Positions 28,101 to 43,100 of a stretch of 64,000 bases of DNA are shown here, piece by piece. The notes below the pieces were generated by a model. That model searched no databases. It was not told the origin of the DNA and saw nothing but the letters and a program-made list of their open reading frames with translations. This DNA comes from Laetmonice hystrix. Lineage: Eukaryota. Within the stretch, counting starts at the first letter, position 1. Every line of letters starts with the position of its first letter. Location of the stretch: the NCBI GenBank assembly GCA_965235115.1, contig OZ249437.1, positions 34,596,001 through 34,660,000 on the forward strand, read 5' to 3'. Position numbers and translations under genes: made by a program.

Positions 28101-31100
28101 CGAAGAAAATAAAATTGTGACGGAACTCTACGTGTGGCGAAACAAGAGAGCAGATTCGTGGAAGTGGGAAGAGCTCAAGTTCATGCCAGGTATGAGTGCA
28201 CTCAAAGAGATATATTACTCCAGACCAGGGGTGGCTTGTAATATAAAACTGATGACCTGATGAATGCTTCCACCCTGTGTGTATTATAACATTAGTAATT
28301 CCAACGGCTGGAGTCTATCCCATACCTCAGCATGTATACCTCTCATAGTGTTAAACAGATCATGAAGTCACGCGGCACGGACAAAATAAAGAAAAAATAT
28401 AGGTTCCTTATGCCTTGGTACGTGCGCAGGGGCGGATCCAGGATTTTGCAGCTGGGCCCCAAGCCTCCCCGCTGGATCCGCCACTGGTGCGTGCAAGTGC
28501 ATGTATACATAGGGGCTTCCGTTTTGTTCAAGTCAACCATCTCTGTTGGACATTCAGTTCCGAGTAGTTTCACGTTGTACACGAGTGCCATGGGCCGACG
28601 GCGGCAGGCTGTACTGCGAGTAACAAAACGGCTGATGTGGCCAGGGCAGAAACTTCCCGACCGACACTGTGGTACCGTGTGGGTAACCGCCTCTGTCGAC
28701 GCTGGTAACCGGCTGGCCGAGCCGCTAGAGGGCGCGTCTGTACACGAAGCGACCAGGAGGACCGTCATCTTGTGCCCAGGCGGTATGACCGTGACTTTGA
28801 ATTGATAAACTTCCCGCCACACTGCCATATAGGCGTGTCACACGTTTAAAATATATAATCTTTATAGGTATATAGGCGTCAGAATGATGCAAGAATGGTG
28901 GAGTACGCCATTCGTTTTGCCTGATGTTCATTCGTCGGCTTCGATTGCTAAAACCGAGTTAAGCTCTATGTTTATTTAAACATACGAAAACGTTGCACAT
29001 TTCAGACTTTCTTGGGCTGTCCGGCGTCGAGTTTCAAGCAGACGATAATCGTTTGGTCGAGACGCGCGACGTTCCGTTTACGTTACGTTTCACGGTCACG
29101 TGCACGCACGAGGATTGTTACGTACCGACAGCGCAGGGTATGGGGAATATTAAACTCTACCTGAACACAACTGAGATGAGCTACCAGTGGTCTCAGCAGG
29201 ATGGTCACAAGGTTAAGCCGAGCCTGTCGGTTGGATACGATTATACAGGGCACGCGCGGGAATTCAGCATTCAGAGCACCTTCATGGTACGGGAGGGTCG
29301 TCTCTATTCTTACCTTCCCAAAGTCGATTTCCTCTACATGGCATCTTTATCAGTTTTAAACATGACATGGGCAAAGTCACATAAGGCCTAGATTTACAAT
29401 ATCGGTCGGATCTAGATTGGTCAAAACCAACTTTATAAGGATGGTTTGTACTCTGTTTACGAAAACAGAAACAGCAATGGTAACTGTCTGCGGTGTTTGG
29501 CCTGGGCCTTAGAAATAATAAATTAACATGTCAAGTTTTTGTCTAACCAACAATGACACGCGAAATGACTAGTTACCTGAGAGATCACAGAGTTCTAAAT
29601 GAACTTCTTGCTGACTATATCTTAGAGTTTATGGATGCATACATTATACATTTATTGTGAACTTTACATTTCTCCCGCCCCATAGTTACCAGAGCGACAA
29701 TGTAGTGAGGGTAATCTGACGACTATGAAGTTACGTCTGATGTTTGATGGCCCACTGAGTGGTCAATTTGACCCGGTGACTGATAACAACAATTACCAGT
29801 TTGACTACCCATGTATGAAAGGTAGGCCAATAACGGGGGGAGGGCATACTGATTGTCAGTATCGGCTTGTCTCTGCCATGAGGCGTAACCAATTATTATT
29901 CATAGGTGGACATATTAAGTAAGAGATTTTAAACAAGAGAAATCATTTCATTGGTCCAAAATTCTGATCTAAAGTAAAGTTAGTGGTTGTAATAATATCT
30001 ATGTATGTGATTACGGGATTACGACTCGGATTATGTTTAATCTCCAGCCCAAGGTACGGACCTGTGGATAGAGAGTTTCAAGCTCTACACAAGTTCTACT
30101 GTACGCCCGGGTTCCAGACTTCCTTTTACCTTTGATGTTCGGGTGGCCGGAGACCCACTCGTGAGTATGGCGGGTTCGGGTCGCGCCGCGCCCATCAGCA
30201 TCAGCTTTTATCTGGCACGGAACGAAACTCGTGACCGGAATGACCTTAAACTTCAGTATGACGTCACCACCGACGTTGCTGCCACCTTACGGAAGGGGAT
30301 CTTGCCGAACGAAACTGCGCATGTCATTGACAATCAAGGTACGAAGGCCTGTTTGATATAAAGCCAAGCACAAGGTAAGAGGCCCCAGCAGGTCTGAGTT
30401 TCGTTTTTTTTCCATAATTTCCCCCAATAATTTACCCTCTTTAAGCATAGACCCTTAAAAACTGATAACTTTGTGCATATTTCAGGTGTAAAGCTACCCG
30501 ACCAGGAGTGCGGTCATAGAGGTCTTGTGGTGGTCATAGACTCTAAGAATGACATTTCTAAGGCCAATAACTTTGCGGTGATTCCCATCCACATGAATTG
30601 TCCAGGAGGTAGGTCTGTCTGGGCTTTACTCATACTTGATAGCTGTGACGCTATAGACCGAGAAATCTAAAAATTCGTAAAATCACGTATATAGTCTGTA
30701 ATTAAATCAATAATTGTTTTCTTTTCCTTGCTCTGTCTGTCTCTCTGCCTCTCTCTCTCTCTGTTTCTCTCTCTCTGTTTCTCTGTCCGTCTCTGTCTCT
30801 CTCTGGTCTCTGCCTCTCTGTCTGTCTGTCTGTCTGTCCGTTTGTCTCTTTCTGGCAGCCTCTCTCAAGAAGTACTTTAACTGTCATAGAATTACACGGG
30901 GGGGGGGGGGGGGCAGGAAATCGTTGAATCTCGGTCAAAAATGACACTCCCAGCGATACCTTATACTTATGAAGACGTTTAGTCAATGCCAGGTCAACAA
31001 ACAGCCATGAGACGTTCGCTTCATAGCGACAACAGGCAGCTGGAATGTTAAATTTCATTAGATTTCTCCATTTCTGTGGGTATACATTTATTGATTTATG

Positions 31101-34100
31101 TAGTCTAAGGCCTTATCTAACCTAACAGCCTATGTCTGTATTTTGGAGTCATTGAAATGAGAGATAGTCGGTGATTGCTTTAGATCTTGACAAACTACAA
31201 TTTTGTCCTGGAAAACTCCTGGAATCTGTTGCAGACTACCTCGCGGTTTACAATGTCGAGAAAAGTGGTCCTGCCACTATTTTCGCTGACGTTCAAGTCA
31301 CCTTGGACTTCCAAATCACGGTAACGAACGAGGGGAACACACCTTTACTGGGCTGTCGTCCGCCCGTCCACGCCATGCAACCATTCGTAGCCCTCTCAGC
31401 CTCCGACTCGTATGAACCATCACTGGATACACGACTCCCTGTGACAAACATGTCGCTCGGTATAAACATAATGAAGTCTCTAAACTTTGGCCTGAAGTGG
31501 AAGGAATTATCATGGGCCTTTATTCAATTAGTACCATACGGAAATACAATTATGCCAACTTATCCATTTGTACAATGCATGTAATGGCTACAATTGAATT
31601 GCAAATTGTATTTAAAGATTGATTGATTGTATTTCTTATCATCTTAAAGTGCATTGTTGTACCTATAGACCTATATCTGATGTTCGAAATCTCACTTAAT
31701 AAGTAAAACAGTGCGAACATTGTGATTTCCTACCAGAGTTGTCGTCCTTACTGAGCCGTTCCCTTCACCCTGGCGTGAAACGTGACCTGCTTGGCGTTCA
31801 GGTGACCTTCACCTTGCCCCCACATGAGTGTGACGGCGCTAACTACCTCATAGTTGGCGTTCTGGCGTCGGGCTGGTGTCAGCAGTCGTCTGAGCTTACA
31901 ATGACCAATAACTACCGAGCGTTATCGCTCGCTCGCAAATGTCGCGGTAAGTAAACTGCTTTGAGAGAGATGGAGGGAGAATACCAATCAACCGGCAACC
32001 AATGAATCAACCCACCTTCCCTCCAGGATATAGAGCAATAAATGTAGCTGTCAATACGCTAGCAGAAGTCTTTGGTTTGATAAATGCACAATGTTGTGAC
32101 AAAAACAGAATTTTACTTCTTCGCATTCAGATCGAACAAAGTTCTACAAAGAGTGAAAATGCAGATATAGTCATCTTTGTGCTTGCTTTGTTTACATTAC
32201 GAAATTTCAAGAAACACTGAAACCAAATATATGATAATTAGGATCTCTTCGCACAGTTGAGGATTCCGTCGACATTCGACCTGCTATTAAACCGGACTCA
32301 GTAACGTTAGGTTATACGGAGGGTTACCTCAATGTCAGCTTTTCGTACGCAATCCACGGCTCCGGCAGTTCTATCCTAACGGGAATAGGTAATGGCTTTT
32401 CACTGATATAAGTTTTAATATAGTTAGGTTGAGGCCCCTACCAAATAAAAATATATCCTTTCATGTATTGTAATCTTGTAGTCAGCATTCTAATCCGCAT
32501 TACAAAGTTATGTGTACTACAGTATATGCATCATTTGAGAGCAATAAGCATCCCACCGTATACGATAAGTAGGCGCCACATTCTTGATTGACCTTTTATT
32601 GGTGATTTGTCGGATATAATGGAGTCCGGATGGTTAGCTCGGAGGATTGAACAACGCAGTGCTCAGTGACGCACCAAAACTGTTCGGCCCCACTGACTGG
32701 CTGACTGACAACGATTTCTTTTTATTTCGATCAGATCACAGTTTCTGGCTGTCCTCCGACCCCATCCTTGATGTGGACAGTGACGATTTGCTGCAGGTCG
32801 AACTTGATGACGGGTTTCTGACCTATGACCTCTCCTCCCCTCCCACCTACATGCCAGTGACCGCCTACATCCACGCTACCATCTATTCCCCCAAACATTG
32901 CGGGAACATCTATTTACTGGCCCAGATCGACCCCTTGGGTCTCATAACGGAGACAGACGAAACGAATAACGTATTCTCAGTTGGTATCTTTCAAAGTGGC
33001 GCCAATTCTACTTGTGGGCTACTGGGCTTTCCTGAAGGTAAGTGGGGTTTATATGGGCTTTCAACTCATGCTTCCCGGAAGTTAGTTTCATTCTGAAAAA
33101 ATATTCCCATGCAGTCGCATTTGTGCCCCATTGATAAAGAAATAAAGTAAAGATGGCTTTTCGTTGGGTTATGTTTTCTTGCTGTAGCCCTATGAGTGAA
33201 TACTAATACAACTTCTAACATACCAAAACAACATAAAACCGATTCTGTCATGTTCCAGATTTGTTTTCTCTTGGTGTATCGTTGCTGTACGTATCCCCTG
33301 AGAAACCCCCGGTCGGGTCTCCCATAACGTTCTCACTGGATTTACAAGCGAATTGTGAGCTGCACGATCCAAGTACTTGCCCAGGTCCAGTCATCCCCCA
33401 AACATCCTTCCACAATCATATCAAATTCATACTCAAGGTAAGCCTAAGAAAATATCATTTTGAATTTATCCCACCAAAATGAGAAGTGTGGAGAATAACT
33501 GCTTGGTAGCATTTTCTGACTAGACTGTAAAGGGATGTATAATCAATGAAAACTCCACAGAACATATTTGTTTTTCAGTTGGTTGACGTCAACTTTGATG
33601 ACATTGGAAACACGAATCTGATGACTATCGACGCTTACAGGAAGTCGGGACTACTCCCTCAAAATGCCTTAAGATGTGATTTCTCTGTAAACACCGGTTA
33701 GTTTAGCCCCACCTCCCCCCACCGCCGAATTTGTAAGATGACATTTCGGAACACACACAGTGTACCAAGCAGGTGTAACAGATTTCAAGGATACAAGTCC
33801 GATGGACCTGCAATCTCAGAAATATAGGTCCGATCGACGGACATAGGGCTTGAAGTCCGTGATGTTGTATGTTATCAATGTATCTTTATACTACTAACAC
33901 TAATCCTAACCTTAACCCTAATCCATGTATTTTCTTAATTCTATTATACGACTTACGTCTTTCATACGCCTACTCCGGCGGAGTTGCGTTTGTTTCACAC
34001 CTGCACAAGGAGTCCCTAACAAAGCTGGCCGCTTGACCTTCCTTGAATTCACTTACAGAATGCCGTATGAATTTGACTGAGAACTTTGTGGTGAGTGACC

Positions 34101-37100
34101 CGATGATCTGTAAACGGGTCCAGTATTTGGCCGTGCAGATGGTCGGTGGCGACAGTCAACAGGTGACTGCTCTGGCCGACAGATGGACCAACGACGAGGA
34201 CAACCGCCGTTATATCCGCTTCCCCCTTCTCTGTGAAGAAGGTAGCTCAACTCCTGATGTAGAGCTTGAGAGAAACTGAGGCTTACTTGTTTTAATTCGG
34301 TCCGACTTTGTTACTGTTTATAAACATAGCTGATGCAATGTCATACGATTAATTGCCTGTTTACATTGCAAAATTTAGAAGGATTGTTCTTTTTTTGTGG
34401 AATCCTCTCCCTGAAAATATAACCTACAGGAAACTCTTTATACGCATCATGCAGGGTTACAATTGACACCGTGGTATGCTTTGCTTACGTTGTCTGCAGT
34501 GGTTACCAACATTAGCATCACAAGCTTGAGGTTAGATGGACAGACAGAGACCATAACGTTCAACATTGCGTCACCCGAACCGATCGTAATTGACCTTGAC
34601 ATGACCATATCGACAGCGACGGCCTGGCCCGCCGCCTCGGAAGGAAATGCTGTCGTTGATATCAATTTGTACCTCAGAGGTGAGAATCGAATATTCGTTA
34701 TCCATGATGGCAGAAACCATCTTCAAGGGACTTTGTTGCTGTCAGAATTTCGAGTCTAGAATTTTGAGAAAAATTGAAACATGATTCCAATATGAAAACT
34801 TGGCGAAAAATGATAAGGTGTCATGTTTCAGTGTATTGGCAAAAAAAACTTAAAAAACGGGACCGGACACCCTCCTGTACATTCCCGTCAGGCCTTGTCG
34901 AGCGCCATGATCTATTCTTGTTTCATTGGCATCCGGGAGGGTAAAGGATCGGTGCCCTAAGGGGTACGAAAATCCACCCCTCCAATTCATGCTCACTTTG
35001 CAGGTGCTGACGGATCAAAGATCAACTTGGGCTTTGCACCGCCGGCATTGTCTTCTCAGAACGTAACCATTGTTTTGGAAGGCGTTCACGTCACGGTACC
35101 CAAGCACAAGCTTTTGCCATTCTGTGGCCACGAGGAAGGCCTAACCCTAGATGTCGAGGTGGATGGACGAGATTTTGTTACCGTTGACAACTGGGCGTTC
35201 GACAACCGTTCACTGAACGTTCACCTCATTGATTGTGGAGGTTAGAATGCTTGTTACGACAGGAACTAGAATATTCCGCCTCTCCATCTGCCAGACTTGT
35301 TTTCCTCTGGTTGCATTGAACCAAAATTAAATTTCAAAAAGAGTTTTTTTAAAAAAGCTACGCAACCGCTCCAAATTGTTTATATCAAAGAACGTTAGCC
35401 GAAGATATTCTTCTTTCATTCAAAGAGACGGGTATTGAAAAAGAGGTGGACCTTGGTGTGGACAGCTTTAGTTTGACCGAGTCCACTACATGCTGTAAAA
35501 CGGAGAGTTTAGAGATAGCGTTTCACGTTACGTTGGTCGGAGAAAGATATATCAACGATTCCCAATTGGGCAAGGCTAAAATCGAGGTCGTTGTAACGCT
35601 GAAGAACGATACAGATGACGCAGGTAAATAACTCCTCACTGACGTACCCTTGTACAAGTCTGTCTCTGCAAATTGTTGTCCAATTTAAAACCTATTTTTA
35701 AAGCTGCGGGTTTTTTTCAAGAATCGCACGTTTGAGGATTACTTTTTTCCATGTTCAGGCGAGCCCCTTGGCTTAACGTTGAGGAACACCAATATTTTAC
35801 TGGACGCTTACCAAGGACGAGGCCCGAAGGGCCATGCAACAGTCTTTCACCGGGTGCTTAATTCCATTGACCTTCACATGCCTAAACGTTACGAAGTGTG
35901 TGGCCGAAGCTGGTAAGAGGTGTTTCTTTCTTACATCAAAGATGTGGACACCATCTGACATGCAGAGAAGCCAATTAGAGGTATAACTTAAGCTTAAGAC
36001 CGATTTTAAGGTTTTTTTATGAACTGGGCCCTGATTGTATTGCCATCGCCAGCAGCCAGTATAATTGACTTCGGCGATAATGACATTCACCTTAATGATC
36101 ATATATATTATATTAGTAGATTATCACTGAGTGGCGTGGTATGATCTCCTGACCTTTGACACAGGGTGTTGGAGGTGTCGATGGGTTGGTCCAAGTCGTC
36201 AGGAATCAGGGACTTGTTTGACGAAAACAATGCCATCAGGAAACCTATCTTTATATCCCATCCCGGTAAGACCACCGTCTTCGGCCACTCACTGTTACAG
36301 GACTCTCCTCGAGAGACCGATCTCACTGCTTTTTAATATAAATACACACCGGCTTTATATACTGATTATGTCTCTCGAACGGGCATTTCCCCGTCTGTCT
36401 CTCTACCTGTCTGCTCTGTCTCTCACACTGATTCTCTAGCTGTCAGTCTGTCTGCCTGTCAGTCTGGTTCTCTTCCTCCATAATTTACCTTCCCATCTCT
36501 CTTTATGATCTCTCCCTCGCTGTCTCTCTCTCACACACGCATACACACCCCGATACACTCGGAGCATCGGTAATTTGATATTAATCGATCTCTGCATTCC
36601 ATTCCACAGTGGACAAACTAGCTGTAGAGACAGCCTCGATATCATACGAGGGCGAGTTGTGGCCATCCAGTGGAATGAATCTAGCAGTGGGTGTAGTTCT
36701 GATCAACATAGGACCAGCAGTTTCTTCACTGACCAGCCTCTTCACACTCAAGGTGTATTTCTCGCCGGACAGCAGTCTTGATGAAGACGACGAGGGAGTG
36801 ACAATGGAACTGTCCGAAAACGACATGATACGCACTAAAGCCGTCCAGAGTGGCCAGAGAGTTCAACTTGAAGGCAATCGTATATAACGCATAATAAATA
36901 TACATTATGACGTGTAGTAAAGGTTTCCATCACATGGATACTCTATAGGAACTTACCGATTTAACGGCAAAATAGCACGAACGTCGCTAGAGTAATGTTG
37001 ACTATATTAACATTATACCCCAATAAGATAGACAGAAAGGAAAAAAGCCAGACTCATAGTCTAACTACTGTTGGCGTTGAACATAGGTCTTTCTGAACAT

Positions 37101-40100
37101 TGTAATATCGAAAAGCAAACATCTAAGCCACCGGATCCTGGGGGGTTCACGGGGTTCGAACTCCCCTTGGTAACATTTTTTCTATTTTATCCCATAAAAC
37201 ATTCTTAATTGACCATGCTGATCCCTCTCTCCTTTAGCAAATTCTACCCGTGAACCCCCCCCCCCTCCCTTTATCAAAATCCTGGCAGAACAGGCCCATC
37301 CACTACTGCCGCCCCTTTAAACAACCTATAACCAATTAGTAACCGAAATTCTTCAATTTCAGCTAATGTCCAGATTAAGGATCCTTCCCAGTGTACACTC
37401 GCCAAGGCGTCGGATGCCAGTCCTATGTTCTTCGTGAAAGCCAACATAGATTCAAACTTTTCAACCGCAGCATGTAACGATTACTACGGCATACCGATCG
37501 ACAAAAGTGACCTTAACTGCAAGTATGGTACGTACAAATATTCTTGTCTTACCAAAGTTCCAATGCCATCGCAAATCACTTTTATCTTTGAATTGAACGA
37601 ATCACAGTTTTAATTCAGAGCGTTGGCTTAGTGTTTTGCTCGATGACTTGCAGATGTCGTGGATTTGTGTGTGGAGGAATTCGACGTCAGTAGAGACGGT
37701 GTATTTGAATCCATGATCGCGGGGGATGAATACACCTATGCGTTAACGGTGCAGGTCATTCGAACGCCGCTGGGTCAGTATTCTCAGCCTAGAATATAAA
37801 ATTACTACTAAAACCATATTAAAGTTTACGTTGCGGTTGGATGGAGTTGGATCATTATGCAAAACGAAATTTACGAAAAGAAATTACATTTAAAGGAGAT
37901 ATTCCCGAAGGAGGCTCGGCGATTCTGACTGAGTTCTACATAAGTTATGACGATGTCTACAGCATCGATGACGTAGTGATATGGGTGCCACCGATACAAA
38001 ACCAACTGACGGGAGACGGCTCCTCCCAGGCGACAAGTTACAACGTTAAATTCGGCGCCAAGGGGCTGACTGTTGACATTGACAATAACCCAGAGCTGCA
38101 ATTCTTCTGTGGATTAATGTACATCATCGCTGTTATAGAAGATAAAGTCACCTATCCACCAAATGATCCAAACATAAATAACAATCATAAAAGCCTTAGA
38201 CTCCGTCTGAATTGTGAGGGCGATACGCTAGGAGTGGAACATTTCAGCATGCGGTTGTCTTCTCCTCAACAGTTGTACATCCACACGGGTGTCGACTTGT
38301 GGTTCGATCTCTCCGCTGTGGTGTGGAACTATTTGCTGCAGGGCATACCCGCTGCTGACGATGGCCGGCCACACATGCGATTTCTCTTGTATCTCTCGGC
38401 AGACAGCGAGCTGGACGTGGACACGGACTCTCCCGTCGATATCCTCGACCCCGGACCTCTGGCGGACACAAGAACCCGGGCCCTCAAGGCTAACTCGTCC
38501 ATCACTTTGAGCGGGAAAGTTTTGCTGCACCTTCCGTTTTCAGCGTGCACGTCGCGTTACATGCTACTCGTAGTGGAGCAACGTGTTCACGTTTCGGAGT
38601 ATGACAAAATCATACGGAATAATTACCGTTATTTATACCTATCAAACATTCGCTGTTCTCTTGTGTATGTTGACTGGATCGTCAAAACATTCGAAGTTTT
38701 ACAAGTTGATTCCACGGCATACTCCTTCAGGCTGGAGATTGTCTTTCGAAAAAAGAACTTCATCGGACCATTTGGAAGCCCTCCTGAACCGCTCGTTGAC
38801 TTCAAATTTTACATTTCTCGGGACAGTGTGTTTGATGTCGGGGATTGGGCGGTAGATTTTGATTGGGAAGATCACCAGGGAATACTGCAGCAAGTTTTAG
38901 AAGATGATGAGCACGTACTGATACTTGACAACTCGACCCAGTGGATACAGATAGCAGAGACTTTCCCACGCTCGTACTGCGGTTTGGTGTACATGATCGT
39001 GCACGTAGATAGTTCGAGTCGTGCCATGGAACTCTTGGAGACTAACAACTTCGCCGCTGCCCGAATACTTATTCCCTGTGGTCAAGGTATAATGGTGTAT
39101 TTTTTATTATTACACTTACATAATGTACAGGAGAAGTCGTTTAAACGACTCCCAGTTATATGGAAATTACGTCATATGTGAAACCTCCGTAATATGTGAA
39201 AGAAATCAACGTCCTATGTAAAAATCAACGTCAAATGTAAAAACAAGTGCAATGGCATGTCTAACCTACCTGACGGCTAACCCCATATTAGACAACAAAG
39301 TATTCAAAACGGCAGTTGAGATAAGTGACAGAATTGCTTTCCAGATGTACTCCAGTTGGCAGGACTCCAAGTTCAGACAACGCCTGTACTCCGACGTTCA
39401 CCCTCTACGATTCACCTCAACTTCATGGTTGCCAATGTACGGAACGCACCCATCCAACCTTATGGAACCGCCTCCCTCTTTTTCCTAAAGGTTAGGGGAA
39501 AATGGTCATTTCTATGAATATGGTTGGGTCAAGGGTGGAATACGCCTATCAATTTATAGCAAAGAATCGGAATTTGGAAATCCAATCCCAATGAGGAAAA
39601 CGGTTTGCGGGAAATGTTTCATCTATAGGATTTAGGGTGGGGGTGGGGGGGGGGGACATATACTTACAGTTCATATATATGGCATCGGTTAATGGCTGAA
39701 ATTTAATGATGCATTTTAATAAAAGGGCGAAGATATCCTCCCGGATGTGACACCCCATTCAAAACATCACCTAAGTCATAGTTCACAAACTCTGCTGTAC
39801 CGTCATTTCTTTAGGATGCACCACTCGCTTTTGTCGCATACACGACAGATGCCATTAATCTTAGTATTAAGACTCCGAACATTTTAGAAAATGTGGTTGA
39901 TGCCAAAAAAACACTATGAACGGTAAATACTGTTTGGTTACAGGTGTACGCCAGGACGCCCGGTTGGCAGAACGAGCATGACGTCACACCCCTAGAGTGG
40001 ACGTCAGGTCAAGCCGGCTTACAGACCAATAGTCTGGGTCCATACGGCAACGTCACTTTCACCGAGTAAGTAAACAAACATTTTATTGAAAATCTGGTAA

Positions 40101-43100
40101 CGCAACGGGGTCCCCTCGACATACTGACTTGCGTATTTCTTAATCTTTGTGTGATTGAAGGATCGGGAAGTGGGGCTATTGAACGAGTCATCGAAGTAAA
40201 AATGATACCCTCGCAGTCTCTACCCCGCCCCACGCAATGCGGTCTCAAACTATGCCCGACTCCCATCGACACTCCTCCAGTCCGACAGATCCCACTCCGG
40301 AGGTCGGTTGACCACCAGCCACCACGGACCAGTCAAAACAGCGTCCTACAGAAGCCAAAAAAAAAGATAGACTGAAGGGGATACCCCTCTCTCCCCTCCC
40401 CCAGTCTGGACCCGCCACTGCATGCTTCTGAACATAGATGATGGGTCTGCGCTCAGTGATTAGTTCCTGGGGGGGGGGGAGGGGGGGGTAGAATTTAAAC
40501 GACTTCAGTGCCAAAAGTTATAATGTCAGTGCATACTCCTGTTTTCGCCATTAAATCCACCTTTGATCAATCCCTCGTCTGCAGCCTTAGCGGAGAGCTG
40601 AGCGGCATCAGTGAAGCTTGCCAGTCTATCAGCCACCTCCGTGGCAGGCCAATGTTGTACTCTGGACCGGTGGAATTGGTCGTTTGGATCATACCAGCCT
40701 TCGCCTTCAGTGTGGACCAAGTGAGACAGACTGAGTCGGCCCTTGACAACAACGTAGACATCCACCTGGCTACCCTTTCATGTCGTACTTCAGGTCAGTG
40801 GCTTTAACACGGCCCGGTTTTTGTTATCAGACCAGTCAAATAGAACATAGAATATAGAACTAGACAACCCAGGCCCTGTGGGATCACATGTTATGTCATA
40901 GTCCAGTTGATATGGATATAACTCATTAAAAATTCTAAAATGTGTTATGTCTTCTAACCATTCGGAGTAGCGTTCCTTGGGCTTCTGCTGTCGCGGACAA
41001 GTTGCTGCGTAGTGTATGTTATGTGATGAGGCGTATATTGGTATCATTTAGATATAGAAGATCTCAGCATACGAAGTGCCAATATATCAACCATGATTCT
41101 TAACGACAACATTCCATTCAATCTCATTATCGGAATTGAGGCCGGATGTAAGTTTTTTTCTGTTTTGTTTTGGGTAAATGTGTTTGGAGTAGGATTTGCA
41201 TTACATGGATTATTATAAAGGCCAGACCTGAAAAAATGCATTTCTGTAGAAAGAAGTACATAGAACTTTTGGGAGTCCTAGATATTGATTAATAGTTTTA
41301 AAAAATCATGATTTCCATTATTTTGTCTGAGCAGAAAGTTTGATTTCTTTCACCTCCAGCTGATCCTGGTTGGGGTTACCTTACGGCCTCAGCGCCTCCA
41401 GCGTTCCTCTACATGATATCGATTGAAGCCGGCGGTTGGAGAGTCACTGCCGATGTGCCCGTCAAGACGTCAGTTCTTCACACAGCTCTCGACGGTTATC
41501 TCACCGAGAGAGATGTCTCTGGCACTCTCCCACTCCTCTCAAAGGACTTCCTCTTCCTGTGCTATTTTCAAAGCACTGCTTCGGTTAGAATCGAGCTCGA
41601 TACGGAGAACGAACGCGATGAATCGAATGAAGAAAATAACGTCCTAGTGTTGACCGATGTCTTCTTTGAAGCTTCAAGTTGTCAAGGTTTGTGGAGGGGA
41701 ATGAGGTCAGGGTGACTTTAAGGGTGAGATGGAAAAAGATATCCCAAATGGAGAGAGAGAGAGAGGGGAGAGAGAGACAGAGACAGAGAGAGATGGAAAC
41801 AGAGAGAGACAGAGAGAGAGAAAGAGAGTTAGATTTTTTCCTGTGCAAAAAAGTGCCGTTAAAGTTAAACAGGCGTGATAGACAAAAAAATAAAAGTAGG
41901 CCTAATACCAAAATTCTGATTTTTGGTGTATAACGTATCATGGCATAAGCCTCACAATAAAACATTAAAAATAGTAGATTTCCATTCTAATATTATTATG
42001 GGCAAATTATGGGCAAAAGGTTATCAATTTAACATTGAATTCAACAGATGGTGTGACTGTTCCCACGCCTATTTCACTATAAATCAATCCATTTTTTTCA
42101 CTCCTCTGAAAATAGCTTTCTATACGACTCGAGTCTAGCGCCATTGCTGGTTTCAGATCGGCTAATCGATGTATGTGTCAAGACCTTCATTGTTGACGAT
42201 TTAACCGTTGATACCATGATGCTGGACACAGTATACCCGTACACGTCGGTATTTGGTGTTGCTAAGACAGGAACACAACCACTTGGAACCACCGGCTTAC
42301 AGTGGACAGTCGTCCTGTCCTTTGACAAAACGTGTAACCTGACAGAGGACGTGGTCCTTACAGAGGGGTCGCTACCGGGAAGTCAGTTTCCGGGTTATGA
42401 GGTCAGTCGGAGCCATGTGTCACACTAGAACCTAGAATTCGCACCATTCAGACTGGAGGTTCAGTCTTCATTGAAACCGACTTGTCGGTAGTGTCGGTTC
42501 GCTTTGATTTGTAGCGTGAAAGGGGTATTCGAGACTAGGAATGTGTGACTCTGTGGAGTTGAGATCGTAGTTAGTACGGACAATATAGGAAACTAGCATT
42601 AGACTTCAAATTTGCCCACATTTTCAGCACAGGCCGATAAGTCTCGACTCCGCACAGTTAGCCTATAGAGTTGGTTATACTTAGACAAATTAGTAGGAGC
42701 ATACTAAATTTATAATCATTATGGACCTGCTCTAGAATAGGGAAACGTTGTCTAAGTCATGTTGTGCCCGTCCAACAGGGCACAGAGGCAGTGAGCGAAT
42801 TGATCTCGGTGGATGGCACAGTGTCCATTTCGCTGACGTCGACAACCCACAGATACTGCTGGAAGCAGGTGTATGTAGGGGCCTGCCTCGACACCCGTCG
42901 CTACCTTGACATCGATAACACAGACGATGGTCACTTTTACAAGGTTATCCTAGACTGTGGCGGTAAGTCACCGTCACTGGCACTGCCAGTCTCTACATGT
43001 TAGAGTCATGTTTATGAAGTTACCTGGAAATAATTGGGCTGCTTCAAAAACAACTTGCAAATAGTCTGTCTTGTCAAATTGTGGTTTTCTGAATATATTC

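Noticed and set aside
30702-31058. ORFs rich in ER/SL dipeptides (also 41585-41965)
   Set aside because: Translations of CT/AG microsatellites.
33870-33925. CTAACC-like hexamers resembling telomeric repeat
   Set aside because: Only 3-4 degenerate units; such tracts are common in small invertebrate transposons and are not an interstitial telomere array.
40151-40375. [22 protein letters not shown]...
   Set aside because: Incompatible with the phase-2 junction 40065 to 40585, which already completes repeat 31.
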